From assembly GCA_028278505.1 (NCBI GenBank), contig JANQEG010000027.1, positions 6,025 through 70,024 on the forward strand: 64,000 nucleotides of DNA, given 5' to 3'. The notes under the pieces are model-generated. The model saw nothing but the letters and a program-made list of their open reading frames with translations, was not told where the DNA came from and did no database searches. Within the stretch, counting starts at the first letter, position 1, and each line of letters starts with the position of its first letter. Below, one piece after another: positions 7,448-16,668 of the stretch. This DNA comes from Rhodobiaceae bacterium. GTDB taxonomy: Bacteria > Pseudomonadota > Alphaproteobacteria > Rhizobiales > JAKPQE01. The translations under genes were made by a program, and so were the position numbers.

Positions 7448-10159
7448 ATGCACAAGCCAGGCATCGAGGGAATTCCCTACTATCTCGGCATCAACTCGTT
7501 GAGCGAGATCGCCACCCGCGACGATACCGTCGTCGTTCTTAACGCCATGGGCGGCGAAAGCCGGCAGGTGACGCCGGTGTCGCACGCGTTTTCGGGCGGC
7601 AATGTGGTGTTCGGCGTATCGCCCGGCCGGCGCGGGCAGAAGCTGCCGACGCCCGCCGGCGACATCCCGATCTACAACAATGTCCGCGAGGGCCTTGAAG
7701 ACGGGCACCGGTTCAACACCGGCGTCGTCTACCTGCCGCCGTCGGGCGTGCGCGACGGCGTCGCCGAACTCATCCGGGTCAATCCCGATCTGAGGAAGAT
7801 CGTCATCATCACCGAAAAGGTCGCCGTGCATGATGCCCGCGAGATCCGCGCCATGGCCCAGGCCAACGGGGTCGACGTGATCGGCGGCAACTGCCTCGGC
7901 GTCGCCGACAGTTGGAACCGGGTGCGGATCGGCGGTGCACTCGGCGGCGATCACCCGGACGAATCGCTGCTCAAGGGATCGATCGCGATCTTCTCCAATT
8001 CCGGCGGCTTCACCACGACGATCGCCCAATATCTGGCGACCGAGGGCTGGGGCACCTCGACGCTGATTTCGTCGGGCAAGGACGTCTACATCCACTATGG
8101 CGCGCGCGATTTCGCCCATGCCCTGAAGAATGACGACCGCACCAAGGCCGCCGTCCTCTATGTGGAGCCGGGCGGCTATTACGAGCGCGGCGTCGATTTC
8201 GGCAAGCCGGTGGTCGCCTGTGTCGTCGGCCGCTGGAAGTCGAAGCTCACCCGCGCCGTCGGCCATGCCGGCGCGATGGCGGGCTCCGGCGACAGGGCCG
8301 AAGACAAGGAAGACTGGTTCATCGACGCCTTTGGCACCGGCGGCCTGTTCACGCCCGAGGACCCGAAGGTTTCGGCCAAAGGCGCCGTCGTCACCAACAT
8401 CGCCCATATTCCGGCGGCACTGACGGCGGTGATGAAGCTCAACGGCGTTGAAACGGACTTCGCCTCGACGGGAAGCCTGTCGCTGAAGCCGTGGATGTCG
8501 AACGATCAGGGGCTGACGCTGCCGGCCGATATCGACCTGCCCCCGGTTGCAGCACCCGAACCCTACGGCACCCAGATCGAGGTCATCGGCAAGCAGATCG
8601 GCGCCGTGATCGCGCGCCAGACGATGAAGGACAAGTCCGGCGCCTCGTCCATGGACCCCAAGACCCAGGTGACGAGCGTGCACGGAAAATCGGTGCTCGA
8701 AATGGCGCTCGAGCCGCTCGAGGCGATCTTCGCGCTGCCGCTGGTGCACGAGATCGCCGACGACAACGCCCGCGCCCTGCTCGATGTCGCGGTCGCCGCG
8801 GAAGTCAATCTCGTCGGCGATCCCGCGCTGGTCGCCGCCGAGGCGTCGCGCGAGGCCGGCAATTCGCCGAACGTGGTCATGGCCGCGGCGGCCTCGATCA
8901 TCGGGCCGAACCGGATCGACCGTGCGCTCGCCTGCGCGCGCACGCTGATCACGCTCTTTGCCCAGAGCGGACTGCGCGATGGCCAGGATACCGGGTTCGA
9001 CGCATCAGGAATCGCGGTCGATGCCGAAGCCCGGGCACTGTTTGCGGCCGATGACGACGAGGCCGACGATCCGCGCCCGGAGGCTGTGCTGAAGGCGGTT
9101 GCGGCGCGCGGCGGCAAGTCCGTGTTCATCGATTTCCTGACCGGGCTCGGCATACGGCTGTCGCGGGATGCGCTGCTGGCGGCGATCGCAACGACGATTG
9201 CCTGGGGGCCGCTTCTGCGCAAGCGCATCACCCGGCTGACCGCGGAAACCCTGCCCTGGTATCTCAGGCTCTACGGCGTGATGATCGGCGCCACCATTCC
9301 CGCCGAACACCACCGGCACGGCTCGCTCTGGGGAATTCCGCGCCAGGAGCGCTTCGAACACTGGACCATGGCGGATCTGTGCTTCCTGGCGATGACCGGC
9401 AAGAAGCCGCAGGGCGAGGACGCGCTGCCGCTGCAGATGCTGATCGGCCTCCTGATCTCCAACGGTCCCGGCTCGATCTCGGCGCAAGGAGCAAAAGGCG
9501 CGGTGGCCGCGGACGGCCCGCAGACGCCGTCGCGGGTGCAGATCAACAAGGCGATGATCGGCTTTCTCTCGCACAGCGGCTACAGCCATGGCGGCAACGG
9601 TTTCGAAGGCATGGCGATGCTTCTGGAGGAGTTCAAGGACACTGGGCTCGCCGATCCGACCGATCCCGGCCACGGGCTCGACCTGAAGGCGATGGCGAAG
9701 CGGTTCGCCGAGGCCTACAAGGCCGAAAAGGCGGCTGCCAAGGAGGTCGGCGGCGAGGTCCGCGCGCTTCCCGGCATCCATCATCCGGTCTTCAAGGGCA
9801 ATCAGGTCAACTATGATCCGCGCGAGCGCTTTCTCGCGGAATACCTGGAAAAGCGCGGCGATTACAACATCTTCCTGGCGTTCTACCGGGAGGTCGTCGA
9901 GGCCATTTACGCGGTCGGCGCGACGCGCAACGTGTTCTGCGTCAATGTCGACGCGGTCATTGCGGCGCTGCTCCTCGCCATTCTCTGGAAGGACTACAGG
10001 GCCGGGAAGCTGAGCGAACGGGCGCTTGAAACGGCCGCCTTCACCGTGTTCCTCTACGGCCGCATGATCGGCTCGGCCGCCGAGATCGACGACCATCTCA
10101 ATCGCGGCCGCAACATGGACACGCGAACGCCGGTATCGGCCTGCGGCTTCGTTGTTTAG
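7448..10159 (+). CDS. aclA: ATP citrate lyase alpha-like subunit, long form (CoA-binding, phospho-His ligase, citryl-CoA lyase-like domains)
   Basis: IGGNCLG, SNSGG, VGHAGA phospho-His motif; C-terminal citrate-synthase-fold motifs SHGGNG, PGIHHPVFK, DPR, NVDAVIA. Confidence 0.75.
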   Translation: MHKPGIEGIPYYLGINSLSEIATRDDTVVVLNAMGGESRQVTPVSHAFSGGNVVFGVSPGRRGQKLPTPAGDIPIYNNVREGLEDGHRFNTGVVYLPPSGVRDGVAELIRVNPDLRKIVIITEKVAVHDAREIRAMAQANGVDVIGGNCLGVADSWNRVRIGGALGGDHPDESLLKGSIAIFSNSGGFTTTIAQYLATEGWGTSTLISSGKDVYIHYGARDFAHALKNDDRTKAAVLYVEPGGYYERGVDFGKPVVACVVGRWKSKLTRAVGHAGAMAGSGDRAEDKEDWFIDAFGTGGLFTPEDPKVSAKGAVVTNIAHIPAALTAVMKLNGVETDFASTGSLSLKPWMSNDQGLTLPADIDLPPVAAPEPYGTQIEVIGKQIGAVIARQTMKDKSGASSMDPKTQVTSVHGKSVLEMALEPLEAIFALPLVHEIADDNARALLDVAVAAEVNLVGDPALVAAEASREAGNSPNVVMAAAASIIGPNRIDRALACARTLITLFAQSGLRDGQDTGFDASGIAVDAEARALFAADDDEADDPRPEAVLKAVAARGGKSVFIDFLTGLGIRLSRDALLAAIATTIAWGPLLRKRITRLTAETLPWYLRLYGVMIGATIPAEHHRHGSLWGIPRQERFEHWTMADLCFLAMTGKKPQGEDALPLQMLIGLLISNGPGSISAQGAKGAVAADGPQTPSRVQINKAMIGFLSHSGYSHGGNGFEGMAMLLEEFKDTGLADPTDPGHGLDLKAMAKRFAEAYKAEKAAAKEVGGEVRALPGIHHPVFKGNQVNYDPRERFLAEYLEKRGDYNIFLAFYREVVEAIYAVGATRNVFCVNVDAVIAALLLAILWKDYRAGKLSERALETAAFTVFLYGRMIGSAAEIDDHLNRGRNMDTRTPVSACGFVV

Positions 10160-11550
10160 AGCATCGGGCTCTCCGATCCGGGTGCCGCCAGCGGCAGCCG
10201 GATCGAGATGCGCGCGCCGATGTCGCTCTCGTCTATGCAGACGCTGCCGCCATGGTTCTGCGCGGTTTCGACGACGATGGCGAGGCCGAGGCCCGAACCT
10301 TCGGCCGGGCCGACCTGACCGAAACGGGCAAAGGCGGTCTCGGCGTCTTCCGGCTTGATGCCGATACCGCTATCGCTGACGGTGACACGCGCTTCAGTGT
10401 CGGCGGCGGAAACCGCGACGGTGATCTTGGTGTTGTTCGAACCGCCGTGGACGAGGGCGTTGTCGATCAGGTTTTCGACCGCCTCTTCGAGGAATACGGG
10501 ATCGCCGTGAACCGGCACCGACCTGGCGGCGGGAACGAATTCGAAGTCGATTTCGCGATCCAGCACGCGCTTGGCGTTGCGCTCGCACACGTCCCGAGCA
10601 AGCGCGTTCAGGTCGATGACCTGCCTGGTCGTCGGATCGGTGCGGCCCCTGGCCCGTTCCAAAGAGAGCAATTGCTGGGTCAGCCGCGCGACATGTTTGG
10701 CGGCGGCGACCAGATCCTCGGTGCGCGACAGCCGGGCATCGTCGCTCCTCGCATCGCGAACGGATTCGGCAATGGACAGAACGCCGGCGATCGGATTGCG
10801 AAGCTGGTGCGCCGCATCCGAGATGAAGGCATCCCGGGACGCAAAGGCGCGGGTCACCTGATCAAAAAGGCCGTTCAAGGTGCGCACGATCCCCGACACC
10901 TCGCGCGGGATCGGACGCCGGATGCGGCTCAGATCGTCCGAGGAGCGGATCGAGATCGCCTCTTGCAGGTCGGTGAGCGGTTTCAGCCCGAGATTGATGC
11001 CGAACCAGACGACCAGCACGACGGTCAGGATCAGCGATCCCATGACGATCGCGGCGCGGCCGGCGAGATCGCGCGCAAACGCCTGCCGCGCCGCCATCGT
11101 CTGCCAGACAGTGATGGTCGAATATCCGCTGATCGTGTCGATGGTCACGAATTCGCGCAACCGCGCGACCCGAACCTCTTCGCCGCGATAGCGCGACAGG
11201 AAAAGAATGGGAGCACCGTTGTTCACCTGCAAATCGCGCGGCGCCACCGGCGGCGTCGCATAGCCGGTGATAAAGACGCCGTCCGGCCCGTGAACATGAT
11301 AGAAGACTTCGCCGCCGGAACTGCTGCGGATCAGGTCGAGCGTCGACGACGAAATCGCGTCGCCGCCCGAAACCGCAACGTCGCGGGAAATGGCGAGCGT
11401 CGTCGCCATCAGCGTCCGGTCGAACAGCTCTTCCGCCGTCTTGGTGGCGGTCGTGATCCGCCAATAGCCGGCGAGGATCGAGATCGCGACGAGCGGGATC
11501 AGGATGAGGAGCAACAGCCGCGCCCGCAGCGACGCCGGCTTCGCGATCAT
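10156..11550 (-). CDS. tctE: TctE-like sensor histidine kinase
   Basis: SLRARLL N-terminus, two TMs, FISDAAHQLRNP H-box, NLIDNA, DSGIGI, GSGLGLAIV. Confidence 0.85.
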   Translation of the reverse strand: MIAKPASLRARLLLLILIPLVAISILAGYWRITTATKTAEELFDRTLMATTLAISRDVAVSGGDAISSSTLDLIRSSSGGEVFYHVHGPDGVFITGYATPPVAPRDLQVNNGAPILFLSRYRGEEVRVARLREFVTIDTISGYSTITVWQTMAARQAFARDLAGRAAIVMGSLILTVVLVVWFGINLGLKPLTDLQEAISIRSSDDLSRIRRPIPREVSGIVRTLNGLFDQVTRAFASRDAFISDAAHQLRNPIAGVLSIAESVRDARSDDARLSRTEDLVAAAKHVARLTQQLLSLERARGRTDPTTRQVIDLNALARDVCERNAKRVLDREIDFEFVPAARSVPVHGDPVFLEEAVENLIDNALVHGGSNNTKITVAVSAADTEARVTVSDSGIGIKPEDAETAFARFGQVGPAEGSGLGLAIVVETAQNHGGSVCIDESDIGARISIRLPLAAPGSESPML

Positions 11551-12215
11551 GTTTCCTCTTCCATCAAATAGCCGAGGCCGCGCGCCGCCTTGATGCGGAT
11601 GCCGCAGTCGTCGAGTTTCTTTCTGAGCCTTGAAATGTGCACTTCGACGATCTTTTCGTCGACGTCCGCGCCGGTGCCGTAGATATGGTCGGCGAGCACC
11701 GATTTCGGCACAAGCCGGCCGCGCCGATGCAGCAGGCACTCAAAGGCGGCAAGTTCCCGCCGGGTCAGCTCGACCGCGTCATCATTGTTGCGCAATATCC
11801 GGGCGCCCGGATCGAAGACCAGACACCCGATCGGCTCGACCGGCGGCCGGTCGATCCCGCGGCGCCGCGACAATGCGCGGACCCGCGCTTCGAGTTCCGC
11901 CATCTCGAAGGGCTTTACAAGATAGTCGTCGGCACCAGCATCGAGCCCGTCGACCCGGTCGGTGACTTCCGAGCGTGCCGTCAACAACAGCACCGGCGTG
12001 TTGTCGTTGCGCGCGCGAAGTTTGCGGAGCACGTCGAGCCCGTTCAGTCCGGGAAGATTGATGTCGAGAATGACGAGGTCGGCGCCTTCATGGGCGAGAT
12101 GATCGTTGCCGTCCTCGCCATCGTGAAGAACATCGACCGCATGACCTTGATCTCGCAATCGGTAGGCGATGCCGGCAGCCAGCGATTTGTTGTCTTCGAT
12201 AACGGCAATACGCAT
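11547..12215 (-). CDS. tctD: TctD-like OmpR-family response regulator
   Basis: MRIAVIEDN, LDINLPG, GADDYLVKPF, VEVHISRLRKKL, RGLGY; divergent from tctC. Confidence 0.87.
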   Translation of the reverse strand: MRIAVIEDNKSLAAGIAYRLRDQGHAVDVLHDGEDGNDHLAHEGADLVILDINLPGLNGLDVLRKLRARNDNTPVLLLTARSEVTDRVDGLDAGADDYLVKPFEMAELEARVRALSRRRGIDRPPVEPIGCLVFDPGARILRNNDDAVELTRRELAAFECLLHRRGRLVPKSVLADHIYGTGADVDEKIVEVHISRLRKKLDDCGIRIKAARGLGYLMEEET

Positions 12216-12226
12216 CGGCCGATCCT

Positions 12227-12248
12227 GCAAGCTTCGCGCAAGCTTGCG
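12227..12248. promoter_or_regulatory. Tandem 11-bp-period repeat GCAAGCTTCGC GCAAGCTTGCG, candidate TctD binding site
   Basis: In the tctD/tctC divergent intergenic region; matches 3577-3598. Confidence 0.6.
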
Positions 12249-12358
12249 ACGATACCTTTGACCGATCAACCCCGGGGAAAAGGTTTCCCGAGGCGAAATC
12301 GGGGAGGTTCGGCCGGATGGCGCGGCCCTCCCCCGTGGCGAGACATTGGGAGGATTGC

Positions 12359-13456
12359 ATGTCCAACTCGAAAACCATCACACGCCGTGCGACGCTCGGA
12401 TTGGCGGCGGTCGCTGCGGCGGCCTTTACGCTGCCGGCACAGGCCGACATGGACCTCAGCGGCAAGACCGTCGAATGGGTCATTCCGTTCTCGGAAAGCG
12501 GCGGCTCGGCAAAATGGGCGAACTTCTATGCGCCGCTCCTGGCCGAGGCGCTGCCCGGTCAGCCGACCGTGGTCGTCAAATTCATGCCGGGTGCCGGCTC
12601 GACCAAGGGCGCCAACTGGTTCCAGACCCAGGCCAAGGCCAACGGATTGACCATATTCGGCTCGTCCGGATCGACGCAGTTCCCTTATCTGCTCGGCGAT
12701 CCGCGCGTCCGGTATGAATACCGGGACTGGAACGTCGTGCTCGCGTCCGGAACCGGCGGCGTCGCCTATCTGCCGCCCGACCTGGCGGAGAAGTGGAAGG
12801 CGGATCCGAAATCCCTGCTCGACGTGGACTTCATCTACGGCTCGCAGGGCGCGACCCGTCTTGACCTGGTGCCGCTGCTGGCCTGGGAAATGCTCGGGCT
12901 GAAGGTGGAGCCGGTGTTCGGCATCAAGGGCCGCGGCGACGGCCGGCTGATGTTCGAGCGCGGTGAGGCCAATATCGACTACCAGACCTCGTCGTCATAT
13001 CTGAAAGGCGTGACGCCGCTGGTCGAGGAAGGCAAGGCCGTGCCGATGATGACCTGGGGCGCGCTCGATGCCGACGGCAATATCGTCCGCGATCCGACCT
13101 TCCCCGACATCCCGACCTTCAAGGAAGTCTATACAATGATGAAGGGCGAGGAGCCGTCGGGCGCGGCCTGGGAGGCCTGGAAGGCGTTCTTCGTTGCCGG
13201 TTTCCCGGCCCAGAAGATGGTGTTCCTGCCGAACGGCGCGACGCAGGAGATGATCGACACCTATTCGAACGCGTTCAAGAAGGTGCATGCGCGGCCCGAC
13301 TTTGCCGAGATCTCCAAGAAGCGCCTCGGCATCTATCCGCAGATGACCGGCGCCGATGCCGATGCGGCGCTCGATCAGGCGATTTCGGTCAGTGACGAGG
13401 CCAAGGATTTCGTCAAGAATTGGCTGAAGGAACGCTATGGCGTCGAGCTGAAATAA
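12359..13456 (+). CDS. tctC: Tripartite tricarboxylate transporter substrate-binding protein (TctC/Bug-like)
   Basis: Signal peptide with RR, VIPFSESGGS, MPGAGS, FPDIPTF; GGAGG RBS; precedes tctA. Confidence 0.85.
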   Translation: MSNSKTITRRATLGLAAVAAAAFTLPAQADMDLSGKTVEWVIPFSESGGSAKWANFYAPLLAEALPGQPTVVVKFMPGAGSTKGANWFQTQAKANGLTIFGSSGSTQFPYLLGDPRVRYEYRDWNVVLASGTGGVAYLPPDLAEKWKADPKSLLDVDFIYGSQGATRLDLVPLLAWEMLGLKVEPVFGIKGRGDGRLMFERGEANIDYQTSSSYLKGVTPLVEEGKAVPMMTWGALDADGNIVRDPTFPDIPTFKEVYTMMKGEEPSGAAWEAWKAFFVAGFPAQKMVFLPNGATQEMIDTYSNAFKKVHARPDFAEISKKRLGIYPQMTGADADAALDQAISVSDEAKDFVKNWLKERYGVELK

Positions 13457-13473
13457 GCGGCGCAAACAAATGA

Positions 13474-13500
13474 CCCGCGCCCCGGCAGACGGGGCGCGGG
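13474..13500 (+). terminator. GC-rich hairpin after tctC (mRNA stabiliser or partial terminator)
   Basis: CCCGCGCCCCG-GCAGA-CGGGGCGCGGG perfect 11-bp stem, no U-tract. Confidence 0.55.
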
Positions 13501-13531
13501 CGAAAATAAGAATACCTGGGGAGGAACATCG

Positions 13532-15547
13532 ATGGATATTCTTGCGACGGCCCTGCCGGCGTTGAATGAGGCGTTTGCGCTCATTCTGCAGCCACAGCAG
13601 ATCATGTTCCTCGTCCTGGGCGTATTGCTCGGCCTCTCGGTCGGCGTGTTCCCCGGCCTTGGCGGCATTGCCGGGCTCAGCCTGGTTCTCCCCTTCGTCT
13701 ACGGCATGGACCCGGTCGCGGGGCTTGCTCTGATGGTCGGGCTTGTCGCCGTCATCCCCACCTCCGACACCTTCGCCTCGGTGTTGATGGGCATTCCCGG
13801 TTCGTCGGCCTCCCAGGCCACGGTTCTGGACGGATTTCCGCTGGCCAAGCGCGGCGAAGCCGCCCGGGCGCTTGCGGCGGCCTTCACCTCGTCGCTGTTC
13901 GGCGGCCTGTTCGGGGCAACGGTGCTCACCTTCTTCATCCTGATGGCGCGGCCGCTTGTTCTCGCTTTCGGCCTGCCCGAAATGCTGATGATCACGATAC
14001 TGGGCCTGTCGATGGTCGCCATTCTCGCCGGCCGGCTGCCGCTCAAGGGTCTGGCGTCCGCCGGCCTCGGCCTCATGGTCGGCACCATCGGCGCCGCCGA
14101 TGCCGGCGGTTCGCCGCGGATGAGCAGCTATGACATGCCCTACCTCTATGACGGCCTGAAGCTCGTCATCGTCGGCCTCGGCATCTTCGCCATTCCCGAA
14201 ATCATCGCGCTCCTGCGCCAGGACCGGTCGATCGCCAAGAACGCCGAACTCGGGGCCGGATGGATGACCGGCATTCGCGACTGGTGGGCCAACATCTTCC
14301 TGTCAATCCGTTGTTCGACGATCGGCGTCATCGTCGGCGTCATCCCCGGGCTCGGCGGCTCGGTGGTCGACTGGATCGCCTATGGGCACGCGGTCCAGAC
14401 CTCCAGGGACAAGTCGAAATTCGGGTCCGGCGAAATCCGCGGCGTGATCGGGCCGGAAAGCTCCAACAACGCCAAAGAGGGCGGCGGCCTCGTGCCGACG
14501 CTGATCTTCGGCATTCCCGGGTCGGGTTCGATGGCCGTCTTTATCGGCGGCATGGCGCTGCTCGGCTATGACGCCGGACCGCAGCTCATCAGCAACGATC
14601 TCAACATCACCTACACGATCGTCTGGTCGCTGGCGCTCGCCAATGTGGTCGGCGCCGGGTTGTGCATCCTGCTTTCGGGCGGGATCGCGCGGCTGACCAC
14701 CATCCGCTTCACCCTGCTGGCGCCGTTCCTGTTCATGCTGATCTCGTTTGCCGCCTTCCAGTCGCGGCAGTCGCTCGGCGATCTCGTCGCGCTCTTTGCG
14801 GTCGGCCTTGTCGGCATCTTCCTGCGCCGCTTCGACTGGTCGCGGCCGGCGTTTCTGATCGGCTTCGTGCTTTCCGGCCAGGCTGAAAACTACAGCTTCC
14901 AGGCCTATCAGACGGCGAGCTTCCAGTTCCGCCGGAGCATGGAACAGGGGCTTGAATACATCTTCTCGCCGATCGTCATCGTGCTGATCATCGTCACCCT
15001 GGTCTCGGTCGTTCTGGGCATCCGCCAGGCCAAGGCGATCATGCCCGAGGGCGCGGTCGACACCGGAACCAAACGGGCGCCGCTGATCTTCCTCATCGCG
15101 GTCACCGCCTATTTCGTCGTCAGCCTTATCGATGCGGCGATGATCAGTCAGATGACCGACAAGATCTTCCCGGTCTTCATTTCCAGCGTTTCGATCGTCG
15201 CCTGCGTGTTGCTGCTGATCCGCATGATGCGGCAGCCGGAAACGGATGCGGTGTTCGCGGATCGCGAAGCCGCCGGCGAGGATTCCGATGCGGCGCACGG
15301 GCTCTGGGGAACGCTCGCCTGGTTCGCCGGGCTTCTGGTGATGGCGAGTGTCTTCGGCTTCATCATCGCCCTGACCATCTTCCTCATAACCTTCCTGCGC
15401 ATTCGTGCCGGTCTCTCTTGGTTGAAAACGGCGCTGTTCTGCGCCGCCGGCGTCGGCTTCATGATGTCCATGGCGGCGATCCTCAACCGCGACTTCCCGC
15501 CGGGCCTGCTGCAGGCTTATGTCGAACTGCCATGGCCGCTGAAATGA
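13532..15547 (+). CDS. tctA: TTT permease TctA with C-terminal TctB-like extension
   Basis: GVFPGLG, GIPGS, GPESSNNAKEGG, FGIPGS; 671 aa with extra TMs ending DFPPGLL. Confidence 0.87.
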   Translation: MDILATALPALNEAFALILQPQQIMFLVLGVLLGLSVGVFPGLGGIAGLSLVLPFVYGMDPVAGLALMVGLVAVIPTSDTFASVLMGIPGSSASQATVLDGFPLAKRGEAARALAAAFTSSLFGGLFGATVLTFFILMARPLVLAFGLPEMLMITILGLSMVAILAGRLPLKGLASAGLGLMVGTIGAADAGGSPRMSSYDMPYLYDGLKLVIVGLGIFAIPEIIALLRQDRSIAKNAELGAGWMTGIRDWWANIFLSIRCSTIGVIVGVIPGLGGSVVDWIAYGHAVQTSRDKSKFGSGEIRGVIGPESSNNAKEGGGLVPTLIFGIPGSGSMAVFIGGMALLGYDAGPQLISNDLNITYTIVWSLALANVVGAGLCILLSGGIARLTTIRFTLLAPFLFMLISFAAFQSRQSLGDLVALFAVGLVGIFLRRFDWSRPAFLIGFVLSGQAENYSFQAYQTASFQFRRSMEQGLEYIFSPIVIVLIIVTLVSVVLGIRQAKAIMPEGAVDTGTKRAPLIFLIAVTAYFVVSLIDAAMISQMTDKIFPVFISSVSIVACVLLLIRMMRQPETDAVFADREAAGEDSDAAHGLWGTLAWFAGLLVMASVFGFIIALTIFLITFLRIRAGLSWLKTALFCAAGVGFMMSMAAILNRDFPPGLLQAYVELPWPLK

Positions 15548-16668
15548 CCCAGACCGCCATCCCCTTCCTGTTCATGCGCGGCGGCACCTCGCGCGGACCG
15601 TATTTCAAGCGGTCCGACCTGCCGGAAGACCGGGGTTTCCTCGCAGATGTCCTTGTCGCCGCGGTCGGGTCCGGCCACCCGCTCAACATTGACGGTATCG
15701 GCGGCGGCGCTGCGGTGACGACCAAGGTCGCGATGCTGTCGGCGTCCGAGGATGGCTGGGCCGATGTCGACTATTTCTTTGCCCAGGTCAGCGTCGAGGA
15801 CCGCCTGGTCGACTTCAAGCCGACCTGCGGCAATATCCTGGCCGGCGTCGGCCCGGCGGCGATCGAAATGGGCCTCGTTTCTGCCGAGGACGGTGTGACC
15901 ACCGTGAACATCCGCGCCGTCAACACCGGCGCGCGGGTCGTCTCCAAGGTGGAGACGCCGGGCGGACGCGTCCGCTATGACGGCGACACCGCGATCGACG
16001 GCGTGCCGGGGACGGCGGCGCCTTTGGAATTGAACTTCATGGATGTCGCCGGTTCGGCAACCGGCGCGTTGCTGCCGACCGGAAATCTCCGCGACGCGGT
16101 CGGCGGCATCGAAGTAACCTGCATGGACGCGGCGATGCCGATGGTGATCGCCAGGGCGGACGCCTTCGACCTGACCGGCTATGAAAGCTGCGACGAACTC
16201 GACGCCGACACGGCGTTTTTTGAGCGCATGGAGGCGGTTCGGATCGCGGCCGGGCGGATGATGGGCCTCGGCGATGTCTCAAAATCGGTCATCCCCAAAT
16301 TCGGCGTCCTGGCCCCGGCGCGGGCCGGCGGCACGATCGCGGCGCGCTATTTCATGCCGTGGAACACCCACCCGACGATGGCGGTGACCGGATCGCAATG
16401 TCTGGCGTCTTGCGCGTTGACGCCGGGCACGGTCGCCGACGGCCTTCTGGAGAGGCCCGACCAAAGCCCGACCACGGTGACGATCGAGCATCCCTCGGGG
16501 ACGATCGACGTGCTCGTCGATTTCCAATTGGACGACGACGCCTTCACCTTGAATTCCGCCGGCCTCGTCCGCACCGCGCGCAAGCTTGCCGCCGGCGACC
16601 TTTTCGTTCCGGCGGCGATTTGGGACGGATCGGCCGCACCTGAAACGAGATCGGAGACTTTCGGATGA
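15544..16668 (+). CDS. PrpF/4-oxalomesaconate tautomerase family isomerase
   Basis: MRGGTSRG, IDGIGG..TTKV, TCGNILAGV, IEHPSG, RTARKL. Confidence 0.88.
   Translation: MTQTAIPFLFMRGGTSRGPYFKRSDLPEDRGFLADVLVAAVGSGHPLNIDGIGGGAAVTTKVAMLSASEDGWADVDYFFAQVSVEDRLVDFKPTCGNILAGVGPAAIEMGLVSAEDGVTTVNIRAVNTGARVVSKVETPGGRVRYDGDTAIDGVPGTAAPLELNFMDVAGSATGALLPTGNLRDAVGGIEVTCMDAAMPMVIARADAFDLTGYESCDELDADTAFFERMEAVRIAAGRMMGLGDVSKSVIPKFGVLAPARAGGTIAARYFMPWNTHPTMAVTGSQCLASCALTPGTVADGLLERPDQSPTTVTIEHPSGTIDVLVDFQLDDDAFTLNSAGLVRTARKLAAGDLFVPAAIWDGSAAPETRSETFG

Noticed and set aside
6156-10159. Reverse TCA carbon fixation implied by aclAB
   Set aside because: No 2-oxoglutarate or pyruvate:ferredoxin oxidoreductase or fumarate reductase genes in the window, and the context is catabolic; cannot be excluded genome-wide.
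6156-10159. Succinyl-CoA synthetase or malate thiokinase assignment
   Set aside because: Alpha chain is about three times SucD length with a citrate-synthase-fold tail, and the beta chain has ACL-like GGGA/NxT/RGGPN motifs.
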